A DNA stretch of 64,000 nucleotides from Dehalococcoidia bacterium (GCA_003142375.1 PLME01000011.1:81475-145474); one strand, 5' to 3'. Shown: positions 48,084-57,570, counted from the first letter of the stretch. Numbers and translations: made by a program. Notes: generated by a model from the sequence alone, not told the origin.

Positions 48084-49271
48084 TTAAAAGTCTTTATCCC
48101 CTTTTTTACGTTTCGCTTCAACGCTTCTGATCTTCTGCTCGATTCTCTTATCCTCGTCGGTTACGTGATAGGACGCCAGAAATTTCTGCTTGAAGGCAGG
48201 AAATTGACCGGCGCTGATTGATTCACGTATTTCCGATACCAGAGAGTTCATAAAAAACAGGTTATGAATTGTGGCCAGCCTGTAGGCCAGCAATTCCTCG
48301 CATTTAAAAAGATGGTGTACATAGGCCTGAGTAAAATTCCGGCACGTGAAACAGCCGCAAGAGTCTTCAATTGGTATAAGTTTGTCGCCGAAAACTGCAT
48401 GCTTGATATTTATCCTTCCGTTGCGTGTGTAAAGCGCCCCGTTGCGCGCTACCCTTGTAGGCAAAGCGCTGTCGAATATATCGATGCCCCTGCCGATACC
48501 ATCAACTATGTCTTCGGGGGATCCTACACCCATTAAATAGCGCGGTTTATCTTCCGGCATTAGTTCCACGGTGCGATCTACAATCTCCCACATAGACGAC
48601 TTGGATTCTCCCAGACTGAGGCCGCCTATGGCATAACCGGGAAAATCTATGGCCGTTATTTGTTTGGCGGAAAGTTTCCTGAGTTCGGGTATCAGACCAC
48701 CCTGTATAATCCCAAATAGAAGCTGGCCGTTGTCCCCGTGCGACCGGAAGCATCTGCCTGCCCATTCAGTTGTATAAGCAACGGCGCTTGCCATCTGCTC
48801 TTTCTTCGCCGTGCTTTCCGGGCAAACGTCCAACACCATGATAATATCGGCGCCCAGCTTTTCCTGCAGATATACAGCATTTTCAGGAGAGATGTGGTGC
48901 TCGCTGCCGTCGATATGCGATCGGAATACAACTCCGTCCGGAGTTATCTTGCGGAATGAGGATAAACTGAAGATCTGGTAACCCCCGCTGTCGGTCAGGA
49001 TAGGTTTGTTCCATGACATGAATTTATGCAATCCGCCGGCCTTTTCAATTATCTCGACGCCTGGGCGTAAATAAAGGTGATAGGAGTTACAAAGGATCAT
49101 CTTGATGTCTATTTCTTCAAGGTCCTGCGGGGTCAAGGCCCTTACCGTCGCCTGACTCCCGACCGGTAAAAATATAGGGGTTTGCACCTTGCCATGCAGC
49201 ATGTTCAATTCGGCAAGCCTGGCCTTCGATGTAGGGTAAGTGGCCTGTAGCTTAAATGTCTTATCCGGCAT
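48084..49271 (-). CDS. tgt: queuine tRNA-ribosyltransferase (tRNA-guanine transglycosylase)
   Basis: The LTDSGGYQIFSL and DKPRYLMGVGSPEDIVDGI motifs are present, along with a CxCxxC Zn site (CGCFTCRNFTQAYVHHL). Confidence 0.9.
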   Translation of the reverse strand: MPDKTFKLQATYPTSKARLAELNMLHGKVQTPIFLPVGSQATVRALTPQDLEEIDIKMILCNSYHLYLRPGVEIIEKAGGLHKFMSWNKPILTDSGGYQIFSLSSFRKITPDGVVFRSHIDGSEHHISPENAVYLQEKLGADIIMVLDVCPESTAKKEQMASAVAYTTEWAGRCFRSHGDNGQLLFGIIQGGLIPELRKLSAKQITAIDFPGYAIGGLSLGESKSSMWEIVDRTVELMPEDKPRYLMGVGSPEDIVDGIGRGIDIFDSALPTRVARNGALYTRNGRINIKHAVFGDKLIPIEDSCGCFTCRNFTQAYVHHLFKCEELLAYRLATIHNLFFMNSLVSEIRESISAGQFPAFKQKFLASYHVTDEDKRIEQKIRSVEAKRKKGDKDF

Positions 49272-49292
49272 CAGATCACTCTGCCGTCCTTG

Positions 49293-50738
49293 TCAGCGCC
49301 TTTCCCAATAATGGATGTATTTGTTCAGGGCTCCAGCAGCTTCGGCCATATTCTCGAAAACGGGTATCCGGGCATCCACCAGTATAGGCCTTTGCTCCGC
49401 TATGGTTTTCCAGCGCACATTCTCCAGGTCGCTGTATCCCGCTTTAGCCGTACTCATAATGGCAACTATTGGTTTTCGCCCCTGCTTCGCATAACTTACA
49501 ATATTCTCGACCTCCATCTTTATAATGTTAACCCACCAGTCATCGGCCATGGGGTTATCATCGGAAACCTGGATAACGAGAAAATCGAACTCAGGGCTTT
49601 CGATAAACAGGCCGGGTATTTCACGAACCTTCATAAAGCTGTCGCCCCAAATAGAGAAATCGACCGGGTTACCTACCCAGTCCCATAGATCAGGCACCAT
49701 CTCCCGCAATTTCCTTCGCATGTCATCCGAAAATGGGGGTAAGCTTAAACCCGCTTCTTCCGCAACATCTGCCGATATAACGTTCTTTCCTCCACCTCCA
49801 CCCATCACCCCGATTCTACCTCCCCTTATCGGAGGCAAGCAATTAAACAGCACCAGCAGGTTAATCATCTCATCTATGTCCCCGGCTTCGATAACACCGG
49901 CCTGGTTAAATGCCGTATGCCACAGGTCAAGAGAACCGGCCAGTGCGGCGGTGTGGGACATAACCGCCCTCGTTCCGGCTTTGCCCCTTCCTCCCTTGAT
50001 GGCAACCACGGGTTTTAAGGCAGCCGCCTTTTTTAACGAGCGCATCAATTTTTGCCCGTCCTTTACTCCTTCGATATAGGCTGCTATTACTTTAGTGTTC
50101 GGGTCCCCGGCAAGATATTCGAAGATATCGCTTTCATCTATATCGAAGGCATTCCCGTAGCTGATCACCTTGCTAAAACGCAGGCCCTGCAGCATACCAT
50201 TCTGAATCAGGGTGGTCGCCGAGCCACCGCTCTGGAATATCACTCCTATATTGCCCGTTTCCCGTGGGAACCCATAGCCAAATGCGATGCCCGACGACGG
50301 GCTGTAAATTCCCATGCAATTGGGCCCTATAATGCGGATACCCAGTTCACGGGCCCTGTTCTGTATCGTACGTTCCAGCTCCAGCGCCTGCGGCCTTCCT
50401 GTCTCGCTTAAACGGGCGGTAAACAGGTGCATAACCTTTACATTTTTAGAAGGGCATTCTTCCAGCAGGGGTAGTACCCTGCCTGTTGGGACGCAGCAGA
50501 TTACCAGATCTACGTCTCCCGGTACATCGCTGAGGCTTTTATAGGCTTTGACGCCCTGCAGTGATTGCTTCTGTGGATTGACGGGATATATCGGTCCCTT
50601 AAACCCGTAATCGAGGAGATGCCGAAGAAAATGGTAACCGAATGAAAAAGGTTGATCAGAAGCTCCAACTACTGCCACACTGGAGGGATTAAACGCATAA
50701 TCCAGGACACATCCGGGCCGTCTTTCTAAATGAGCCAT
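49293..50738 (-). CDS. ADP-forming acyl-CoA synthetase (ACD) alpha subunit: CoA-binding + succinyl-CoA-synthetase-like domains
   Basis: The N-terminal CoA-binding domain (VAVVGAS), a flavodoxin-like domain and the CoA-ligase domain with the phospho-His loop region are present. There is no beta (ATP-grasp) subunit in the window. Confidence 0.65.
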   Translation of the reverse strand: MAHLERRPGCVLDYAFNPSSVAVVGASDQPFSFGYHFLRHLLDYGFKGPIYPVNPQKQSLQGVKAYKSLSDVPGDVDLVICCVPTGRVLPLLEECPSKNVKVMHLFTARLSETGRPQALELERTIQNRARELGIRIIGPNCMGIYSPSSGIAFGYGFPRETGNIGVIFQSGGSATTLIQNGMLQGLRFSKVISYGNAFDIDESDIFEYLAGDPNTKVIAAYIEGVKDGQKLMRSLKKAAALKPVVAIKGGRGKAGTRAVMSHTAALAGSLDLWHTAFNQAGVIEAGDIDEMINLLVLFNCLPPIRGGRIGVMGGGGGKNVISADVAEEAGLSLPPFSDDMRRKLREMVPDLWDWVGNPVDFSIWGDSFMKVREIPGLFIESPEFDFLVIQVSDDNPMADDWWVNIIKMEVENIVSYAKQGRKPIVAIMSTAKAGYSDLENVRWKTIAEQRPILVDARIPVFENMAEAAGALNKYIHYWERR

Positions 50739-51610
50739 GCATCAATTGCCATTACAGTGAAGATAATGCCCAGGTAAGGGAAGGCCGATAGTTTATACAC
50801 TGCCCAGGCATTCCTGGAATTGGGATTGAAAAGCAGCCTCAAATTGGCAACTATCATTATCAGACTTAGAACGACCGCAACCGATAAATAGAGCCAGTGG
50901 AACCACCCCGTAAGGAAATAAACCAGGACGGCAAAGACCGAAAGGGCAATCGAAAGCACTGCCAGCATTTTTATCACGTCAGCATCCTTAAAGTTCAAAG
51001 GAAAATAATGCAAGCCGGCACTCTCGTAGTCCTCCCGGTTGGCCATCATCAGCGTCCATACATGCGTCGGGGTCCAGCAGGCAATCATGCAAAACAATAG
51101 GACCGGCATAATATCGATGGATGTCTGTTTGGTGATTGCATACCAACCTATTAGGATAGGAGCGCTGCCGGCTACAATGCCGAAGAAAGTGCATGAAATG
51201 GTCTTGCGCCAGATTGCGGAGGCTGAAACGCCTATCAGCCCGATCAAAAAGCATATGGGGGACAAAAACCAGGCCGTCACCAAGCCGGCTATAATGAGAA
51301 TCAGTGTCAGCGCCAGCACCTTTTCGGGTGGCTGGATCCGCTTGGCCGGCAATACCCGGTTGCAGGTCCTCTTCATGAGGACATCAACATTGCGGTCCAG
51401 ATAATTGGTTAGTCCATTGGCGCCGGCGCTTCCCAGGGCTATGGCCACTATGGTCAGAATAAAATCTTTGACCGGGAAGACCCCACTAAGAGTTGCTGCA
51501 GCAACCAGCGCTGAACAAGCACCGATTATCAATATCAGGCTGGTTTCCCTGGGCTTGAGGACGTATATATAGTCAGCAAAACTATAATCTGCTTTTAATA
51601 CAATGCTCAC
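50726..51610 (-). CDS. UbiA-family prenyltransferase, heme O synthase (CtaB/CyoE)-like
   Basis: It has nine TM helices. The NYLDRNVDVLMKRTCNRVLP motif resembles the CtaB NxxxDxxxDxxMxRT signature. Confidence 0.6.
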   Translation of the reverse strand: MSIVLKADYSFADYIYVLKPRETSLILIIGACSALVAAATLSGVFPVKDFILTIVAIALGSAGANGLTNYLDRNVDVLMKRTCNRVLPAKRIQPPEKVLALTLILIIAGLVTAWFLSPICFLIGLIGVSASAIWRKTISCTFFGIVAGSAPILIGWYAITKQTSIDIMPVLLFCMIACWTPTHVWTLMMANREDYESAGLHYFPLNFKDADVIKMLAVLSIALSVFAVLVYFLTGWFHWLYLSVAVVLSLIMIVANLRLLFNPNSRNAWAVYKLSAFPYLGIIFTVMAIDAWLI

Positions 51611-51737
51611 TTTAGATCGGTCCCTGGTCTGAAGTTGAAATGGAAGACCAAAATAACTGTAATATGATATACCGTTTTTATCTCTTCATCAAAATCGAGT
51701 TGGGTTTTTCACGACTGGAAGATGGCCGGATCAACAG

Positions 51738-52661
51738 TCATTGATACAGGAATCTTGGATATGAATTATTGATAAAATTCAAAGCCGCTATTTGTTCGGC
51801 CCCTAATAACTTGCCGCCGATGAAGTCTCCCAGAATGCTATCGTTGCCGCTGAATAACATTCTGAATAAGCCGGGCGACTCCGGGTGATAGTATTCGATC
51901 TGAGGATTTTCGATAGAAGCCAATTTCGCTGCTTCGTCGACTGCTGTTTCCAATCCACCAAGTTCATCAACCAGTCCCAGGTCTTTGGCCTGAAGCCCGG
52001 TGTAAGCCTGCCCGGTGGCCAGCTCTTTCACTTTTCCCGGGTCCATGTGGCGGCCCTCAGCCACGATATCGATGAATTCACCATATAATTCATCCGTAGT
52101 CTTCTGTACGATTGCCCTTTCCTCCGGTGTCAGCTCCCGCATACCGGCATACATATCCTTGTATTTGCCGGATTTCACGATCTCCATATCTACGCCTATC
52201 TTATCGAATAGCCCTTTTAAATTGGGCACTTCTGAGATCACACCTATGCTTCCGGTCAGAGTGGAAGGCAGAGCAATGATCTTATTAGCTTTGGCGGATA
52301 TATAGTAGCCTCCGGAAGCCGCCATACTTCTCATGCTGATAACCACAGGTTTCTTTACCTTTTGCATCTCATAAACGATCTCCTGACAGGCGCTGACATC
52401 TCCGCCGGGGCTATTGACCTGGATAACTATAGCTTTGACATTAAAATCATTCTGAGCACGCTGAAGCTGGTTTCTTACCGCATCCGGCGTAATGGATGCA
52501 CCGCTAAAGACTGATGAGCCAGATTCGATCTGGATTACGCCGTTTAGTGATATTACCGCAATCTTATTCACAATTGCATTGCATGAGGTAAACATGGAAA
52601 TAGCTAATATCATTATCAAAATGAATGCTATGACTGGTCTCATCCGGGCACCTCCACGCAC
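51738..52661 (-). CDS. sppA: signal peptide peptidase SppA (36K type)
   Basis: The N-terminal TM, a ClpP/crotonase fold with SPGG and a catalytic Ser/Lys region are present. The start may be ATG 52643. Confidence 0.75.
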   Translation of the reverse strand: MRGGARMRPVIAFILIMILAISMFTSCNAIVNKIAVISLNGVIQIESGSSVFSGASITPDAVRNQLQRAQNDFNVKAIVIQVNSPGGDVSACQEIVYEMQKVKKPVVISMRSMAASGGYYISAKANKIIALPSTLTGSIGVISEVPNLKGLFDKIGVDMEIVKSGKYKDMYAGMRELTPEERAIVQKTTDELYGEFIDIVAEGRHMDPGKVKELATGQAYTGLQAKDLGLVDELGGLETAVDEAAKLASIENPQIEYYHPESPGLFRMLFSGNDSILGDFIGGKLLGAEQIAALNFINNSYPRFLYQ

Positions 52662-52717
52662 AGCGTTAATATCATAATAGGGCCAAAAGAAATATTACTA
52701 TTTATCAGGATTTAAAA

Positions 52718-53170
52718 CTAATGAGAAGGGTCGTTGGAGGCCGAAATATCGCCGTTCATTTTCCTCTCATCCAAGAAGGACTGAAGAATCACGGTGGCCG
52801 CAGCGGCGTCCATCTCATTTTTTAGCTTATTTCCCTTCTTCCCCGCCTCTCTTAGCTTTTGGTTGGCTGACACCGAGGACAGCCGCTCATCCTGCATCAC
52901 TATTTCCACATTTACTGCCTCAGCTATCTTTCCTTTGAAGTCCAAGACCTTCTCAGCCTGCTTCCCTATGGCACCGCTTAAAGAGTAGGGAAGGCCGATT
53001 ATTATCTGGCTGGCGCTGTATTTTTTTACCAGGGCAGCTATTTGATTGATGGCCTTCTCGTCCTGGTCCCTGATGATAGTGCTGAAGGGAGAAGCCAGGA
53101 CCTGCGACGGATCCGATAATGCCACCCCGATTTTTTTATCTCCGATATCCAATCCAATAATTCTGCCCAT
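52718..53170 (-). CDS. ruvX: Holliday-junction-resolvase-like pre-16S rRNA nuclease RuvX/YqgF
   Basis: The N-terminus MGRIIGLDIGDKKIGVALSD matches. The size is 150 aa. Confidence 0.85.
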   Translation of the reverse strand: MGRIIGLDIGDKKIGVALSDPSQVLASPFSTIIRDQDEKAINQIAALVKKYSASQIIIGLPYSLSGAIGKQAEKVLDFKGKIAEAVNVEIVMQDERLSSVSANQKLREAGKKGNKLKNEMDAAAATVILQSFLDERKMNGDISASNDPSH

Positions 53171-53174
53171 GTCT

Positions 53175-55811
53175 TTATTTGATCAATTCCTCGACAAATT
53201 TCGGCACAGATTGCAACGCTTCAGCGATTTTTTCCTGGTTTTTGGCGCCGGCCTGGGCCATCTCCGCCTTGCCCCCACCACTTCCTCCCGCGATAGCGGC
53301 AACTTTCTTAACGAGTTTACCGCTGTGAAAACCCTTCTGGATAATATCTGACGTGGCAGTAGCTATAAATCCCGGCTTTTCTTCGAATACGGTGGCCAGT
53401 ACAATAACCCCGCTTTTAATTTTATCGCGAAGCATATCTCCCATTTCCATCATATCGGGCATTGATCTGGGCGCAACCTCGGCAAAAAGAATATTTACTC
53501 CGTTAAAGTTTTTCAGATGGTCTTTGATAAGCTCGTCCACCTCAGAACGGGATTTTTCCCGCCTTAGCTGTGCGGTTACTTTGTCGCTCACGGCCAGATT
53601 GTCCTGAAGGACAAGAACCTTACTCGGGATTTCATTCACACTGGTCTTTAAATCGCTGGACAATTGCTCCAATATGCCCAGACGCTCGTTAATCAGGCCC
53701 TCGGCGCCCCTGCCCGTCACCGCCTCGATACGGCGTAAACCCGTGCCTACGCTGGCTTCACTGGATATCAGAAAATAGCCTATCTCACCGGTTCGTTTGA
53801 CATGCGTTCCGCCGCAAAGCTCCATGCTGACGCCCGGATCGCCGATCTTGACCACCCTCACCATATCGCCATATTTCTCTTCAAATATAGCTGTTGCACC
53901 CTGACCGACCGCCTGGTCATATGAACACACATCGGTTGCCACCGGCAGATCTTTACGTATTATCTCGTTGACACCGGCCTGTACCTCCTTCAACTGCTCT
54001 TTGTTGATGGCAGCCAGGTGGGTAAAATCGAAACGCAGCCTCTCCGGGGATACCAGTGACCCCCTCTGAGCTACGTGGCTGCCTAAAACCTTTCTAAGCA
54101 CTGCCTGTAAAATATGTGTGGCGGTATGGTTCCTGGCTATGTCCAACCTGCGGTCTATATCTACGGCCGCGCTGACTACATCCCCTTTAGAAATGGTGCC
54201 AGAAACAACATGACCGGAGACAGCGATGGTGTTGGCATGGGAAACGGCGTTGGCAATGTTAACTTCACCCGACTTGGACTTTATTTTGCCTGTATCTCCG
54301 ACCTGTCCACCCATTTCACCGTAAAACGGAGTCCTATCTAAAACGAGGGTGATTTTCTTCCCCTTGCCGGCTTCAGAAACAGGTTTGCCTAAAGCATTAT
54401 CGATTATCTGTACTATCCTGGCGCTTATGGAGAGCTCCTCGTAGCCAACAAATTCCGTCGGCTCCAGAGATTTTGTATCGATGTCGCTTCCGCCGGAAAT
54501 CTGGGTGTTAAACTTATGTGATGCCCTGGCCCTTTCACGCTGTTTTCCCATCTCCAGCTCGAAGCCTTCTCTGTCAACCGACAGACCGTGCTCCTCGGCG
54601 ATCTCAGCGCTGAGCTCCAACGGGAAGCCAAAAGTGTCCCAGAACTTGAAAACCTCTTCGTTTAACAGGCAGTTTCTGTTTTGAGACTTCGCTTCACCAA
54701 TGGCTTTTTCACAAAGGTTGATGCCCGCATCAAGCGTAATCTCGAATTTCTCCTCTTCATTTCTGATTATGTCAAATATTAGCTTGCGGTTGGTTACCAA
54801 CTCGGGATAGATATTCCCCATCTTGTCAATGACTACACCGGCCATTTCACCCAAGAAGGGCTTATCGATGCCCAGTTTTCTCCCCAGGAAGCAGGCACGC
54901 CTTAAGATTCGCCTCAAAACATAGCCGCGGCCTTCATTGGACGGCAGCACACCATCGGCAATTAAAAAGGTTATGCCCCGGCTGTGCTCCGCAATTACTT
55001 TGAACGATCTGTCGATTGTCTCGTCAACGCCGCCCTTTTTCCCTGTAATACCCCCGATCTTTTTGATTAGAGGAACAAAAAGATCGGTATCGTAAACAGT
55101 AGGGTTGCCGTTGCAGGCGGCGACAATTCGTTCCAGGCCCATCCCGGTATCTATATTGGGTTTAGGCAGTTTAGTCCGTTTACCCTCGCGGTCCTGATTG
55201 TATTCTGTAAATACCAGGTTCCAGATTTCGGAAAACCTTCCGCAACTGCACGAAGGGTCGCAATCGGGCTTGCCGCAGCCGTATTTCTCGCCGAAGTCGT
55301 AATGTATCTCGCTGCAGGGTCCGCAGGGCCCGCTGTCGCCCGCTGGCCCCCAGAAATTGTCCTTTTCTCCCAGCCTTACGATCTTATTTTCGGGGAAACC
55401 GATCCCCTTCCAGATTTTAAAAGCCTCGTCATCATCCAGAAATATGGTTACCCACAGCTTTTCGGGAGGTACATGCAGCCGGTCGATGACAAATTCCCAG
55501 GCCCACTTAATGGCTTCTTTTTTAAAATAATCGCCCACACTGAAGTTGCCCAGCATTTCGAAGAAAGTCAGGTGCTTGTTATCCCCGACCGACTCTACAT
55601 CCGTTGTCCTGAAGCATTTCTGGCAGGATGCCAGCCTGGGATTGGGAGGGATTGCCAGTCCCAGGAAATAGGGCTTGACCTGTACCATTCCGGCGGTAGT
55701 TAACAGCAGGGTAGGGTCCCCGTGCGGTATCAGAGATGAACTGGATATTACCTTATGCTTCTTTTCAGTAAAGAAATTTAAAAATTCACTGCGGATATCG
55801 TTACTGTTCAC
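53175..55811 (-). CDS. alaS: alanine--tRNA ligase
   Basis: The 878-aa size, class II core, editing domain HxxxH/CxxxH and C-terminal DHHA1 domain match. Confidence 0.9.
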   Translation of the reverse strand: MNSNDIRSEFLNFFTEKKHKVISSSSLIPHGDPTLLLTTAGMVQVKPYFLGLAIPPNPRLASCQKCFRTTDVESVGDNKHLTFFEMLGNFSVGDYFKKEAIKWAWEFVIDRLHVPPEKLWVTIFLDDDEAFKIWKGIGFPENKIVRLGEKDNFWGPAGDSGPCGPCSEIHYDFGEKYGCGKPDCDPSCSCGRFSEIWNLVFTEYNQDREGKRTKLPKPNIDTGMGLERIVAACNGNPTVYDTDLFVPLIKKIGGITGKKGGVDETIDRSFKVIAEHSRGITFLIADGVLPSNEGRGYVLRRILRRACFLGRKLGIDKPFLGEMAGVVIDKMGNIYPELVTNRKLIFDIIRNEEEKFEITLDAGINLCEKAIGEAKSQNRNCLLNEEVFKFWDTFGFPLELSAEIAEEHGLSVDREGFELEMGKQRERARASHKFNTQISGGSDIDTKSLEPTEFVGYEELSISARIVQIIDNALGKPVSEAGKGKKITLVLDRTPFYGEMGGQVGDTGKIKSKSGEVNIANAVSHANTIAVSGHVVSGTISKGDVVSAAVDIDRRLDIARNHTATHILQAVLRKVLGSHVAQRGSLVSPERLRFDFTHLAAINKEQLKEVQAGVNEIIRKDLPVATDVCSYDQAVGQGATAIFEEKYGDMVRVVKIGDPGVSMELCGGTHVKRTGEIGYFLISSEASVGTGLRRIEAVTGRGAEGLINERLGILEQLSSDLKTSVNEIPSKVLVLQDNLAVSDKVTAQLRREKSRSEVDELIKDHLKNFNGVNILFAEVAPRSMPDMMEMGDMLRDKIKSGVIVLATVFEEKPGFIATATSDIIQKGFHSGKLVKKVAAIAGGSGGGKAEMAQAGAKNQEKIAEALQSVPKFVEELIK

Positions 55812-55901
55812 AGGTGTTCACCTCGGAGCATTTTATATAAGTACGTGTGTGTTAGTCAATACGAATTTAAATCTGCTTTGCCGGGTTCAAGCTACCGCCT
55901 T

Positions 55902-55930
55902 TTAACAAGTCAAATAACATGTGTTACAAT
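55902..55930 (+). promoter_or_regulatory. candidate sigma70 promoter TTAACA-17-TACAAT upstream of the FmdB-like gene
   Basis: The -35 box is at 55902-55907, the spacer is 17 nt and the -10 box is at 55925-55930. Confidence 0.3.
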
Positions 55931-55951
55931 CATCAAATCCGGGTGATAAGT

Positions 55952-56305
55952 ATGCCTATTTATGAATACTGGTGCAACAGTTGTAAAGCCAGGATAGAGA
56001 TCCTCGTTCCTACTTTCAAGAGCGATCCGCCCTGTTGCCCCCAATGTCAGAATAATTCGCTGCAGCGCAGGTTCTCGACATTTATGGTGCAATCCTCTTA
56101 TAAAGATGTATATGATAACATTCTTTCGGATTCACAGCTAATGCGGGGCATGATGCATAATGACCCCAGGGCACTGGCGGAATGGAATAAAAAAATGAGT
56201 GGCGGCGAACCGATTGCCCCCGAATATCAGGAAACACTGGAGCAAATGGAGAGGGGGATCATGCCCTCCAATCCGGATTCGGATACTTCCGGAGAAGTCC
56301 CCTGA
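55952..56305 (+). CDS. FmdB-family zinc-ribbon protein
   Basis: MPIYEYWCNSCKARIEIL...CPQCQN gives two CxxC pairs. The ORF track starts at 55919; ATG 55952 was chosen. Confidence 0.55.
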   Translation: MPIYEYWCNSCKARIEILVPTFKSDPPCCPQCQNNSLQRRFSTFMVQSSYKDVYDNILSDSQLMRGMMHNDPRALAEWNKKMSGGEPIAPEYQETLEQMERGIMPSNPDSDTSGEVP

Positions 56306-56319
56306 AACGAAGGTTGATC

Positions 56320-56424
56320 ATGCCAATCTACAAGTATACCTGCAATAACTGCAACCAGAGGGTCAGCCTGTTTAGAGGCAGCCAGGGGAGGGGATCTTCC
56401 CCAGTCTGTCAAGGATTTGAATAG
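56320..56424 (+). CDS. small (34 aa) FmdB-like zinc-ribbon ORF
   Basis: MPIYKYTCNNCNQRVSLFRGSQGRGSSPVCQGFE. Its N-terminus is paralogous to the upstream gene. It is not in the ORF track (under 60 aa). Confidence 0.3.
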   Translation: MPIYKYTCNNCNQRVSLFRGSQGRGSSPVCQGFE

Positions 56425-56426
56425 CG

Positions 56427-56897
56427 GTGCATCCTCGGATTCTACGTACCATTGACGCCAATGTAAACCGTATAAGCGAAGGGCTGCGCGTCCTGGAAGA
56501 TATATCCAGATACATAATCGAGGATGTGAATACCAGCCGCCAACTTAAGTCCATCCGGCATCAGGTAAACCAACTGGTGAGCGGCATTGCAACACATCTA
56601 ATCCAAACAAGGGATGTAGAAGGCGACATTGGCTCAGGATTCGATCTAATCGATGAACATCAGGACCTTGCCGCCGTGGTCAGGGCCAATGCCAAAAGAG
56701 CACAGGAGGGGATACGGGTTCTGGAAGAGCTGTCAAAATTACCCGACCTGAAATCCGTGATATCTTCCACGAAGCTGAAAGAATCTAGATACCACATATA
56801 TTCCATAGAAAAGTCCATAATCACCAAGTTGCCTGATCAACGAATATCTAACAAGGATGGGAAAAAAGTTGAAAGAAAAGGAAAAAGCCTCCCGTAA
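56427..56897 (+). CDS. hypothetical protein (156 aa), predicted helical; overlaps downstream translin-like gene by 41 nt
   Basis: It is a clean ORF immediately after the small zinc-ribbon ORF. There is no confident family assignment, though it is possibly PhoU/HEPN-like helical. Confidence 0.4.
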   Translation: MHPRILRTIDANVNRISEGLRVLEDISRYIIEDVNTSRQLKSIRHQVNQLVSGIATHLIQTRDVEGDIGSGFDLIDEHQDLAAVVRANAKRAQEGIRVLEELSKLPDLKSVISSTKLKESRYHIYSIEKSIITKLPDQRISNKDGKKVERKGKSLP

Positions 56898-57534
56898 GCT
56901 GGATAAAATCGCAGACAAGATACGCAAAAAGCTGGGCGCCAAGGATTCGGCGCGTGAACAATGTCTCAAAGGCTGCCGCGAGATCATCCGGCTCAGCTCC
57001 ACCTCCATCAGGGCCATACACCGAAGGGAAAAGGAACACGCTTTTGAGCTGGTGAACTTGGCCGCCTCGCTGGTGCGACAAATCCAGGACGAACTGTCCG
57101 TCACACATCACGACCTGTTGAGCGCCAACTACGTGCATGATGCCTTTAAAGAATTTGCCGAGGCGCGCATAACCTACGGTATCATCTTTGAGGGAGACAT
57201 CCCCGACCCGGACTCTCTGCGCATCGCATATCCGGCATACCTCAACGGCCTGGCCGAATCGGTGGGCGAACTGAGGAGGTTTCTGCTGGATAGCCTGAGA
57301 ACCAACGATTTTTCCGCCTCCGAGGAGCTTCTGGCCGTGATGGACCATATCTATACAATCCTGGTAACTATGGATTTTCCCGATGCCATCACTTACGGAC
57401 TCAGGCGCAATACCGACAGTGTCAGGGGCATAGTGGAAAAAACCCGCGGAGACCTTACCCTGGTGATCCACAACAATCGTCTTCAGAAAAAATTAGGCAC
57501 TTTAACCCGCAAATTACGTATTTCTGCGGACTAG
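56857..57534 (+). CDS. translin-family protein
   Basis: AYLNGLAESVGELRRFLLDSL, ELLAVMDHIYTILVTMDFPD and GLRRNTDSVRGIVEKTRGDL match the translin GLxDxxGELxR, MDxIY and LRxKxD motifs. Confidence 0.55.
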   Translation: MGKKLKEKEKASRKLDKIADKIRKKLGAKDSAREQCLKGCREIIRLSSTSIRAIHRREKEHAFELVNLAASLVRQIQDELSVTHHDLLSANYVHDAFKEFAEARITYGIIFEGDIPDPDSLRIAYPAYLNGLAESVGELRRFLLDSLRTNDFSASEELLAVMDHIYTILVTMDFPDAITYGLRRNTDSVRGIVEKTRGDLTLVIHNNRLQKKLGTLTRKLRISAD

Positions 57535-57541
57535 ATTTAGC

Positions 57542-57570
57542 TTGACTTTAATCGTCAGCGCTGGTAAAAT
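57542..57570 (+). promoter_or_regulatory. sigma70-type promoter TTGACT-17-TAAAAT upstream of hppA
   Basis: TTGACT is at 57542-57547, the spacer is 17 nt and TAAAAT is at 57565-57570. A strong AAGGAGG RBS precedes ATG 57635. Confidence 0.45.

Noticed and set aside
56739-57471. 121- and 207-aa minus-strand ORFs antisense to the translin-like gene
   Set aside because: The plus-strand frame carries the conserved translin motifs. The antisense products are Gly/Gln-rich with no RBS.
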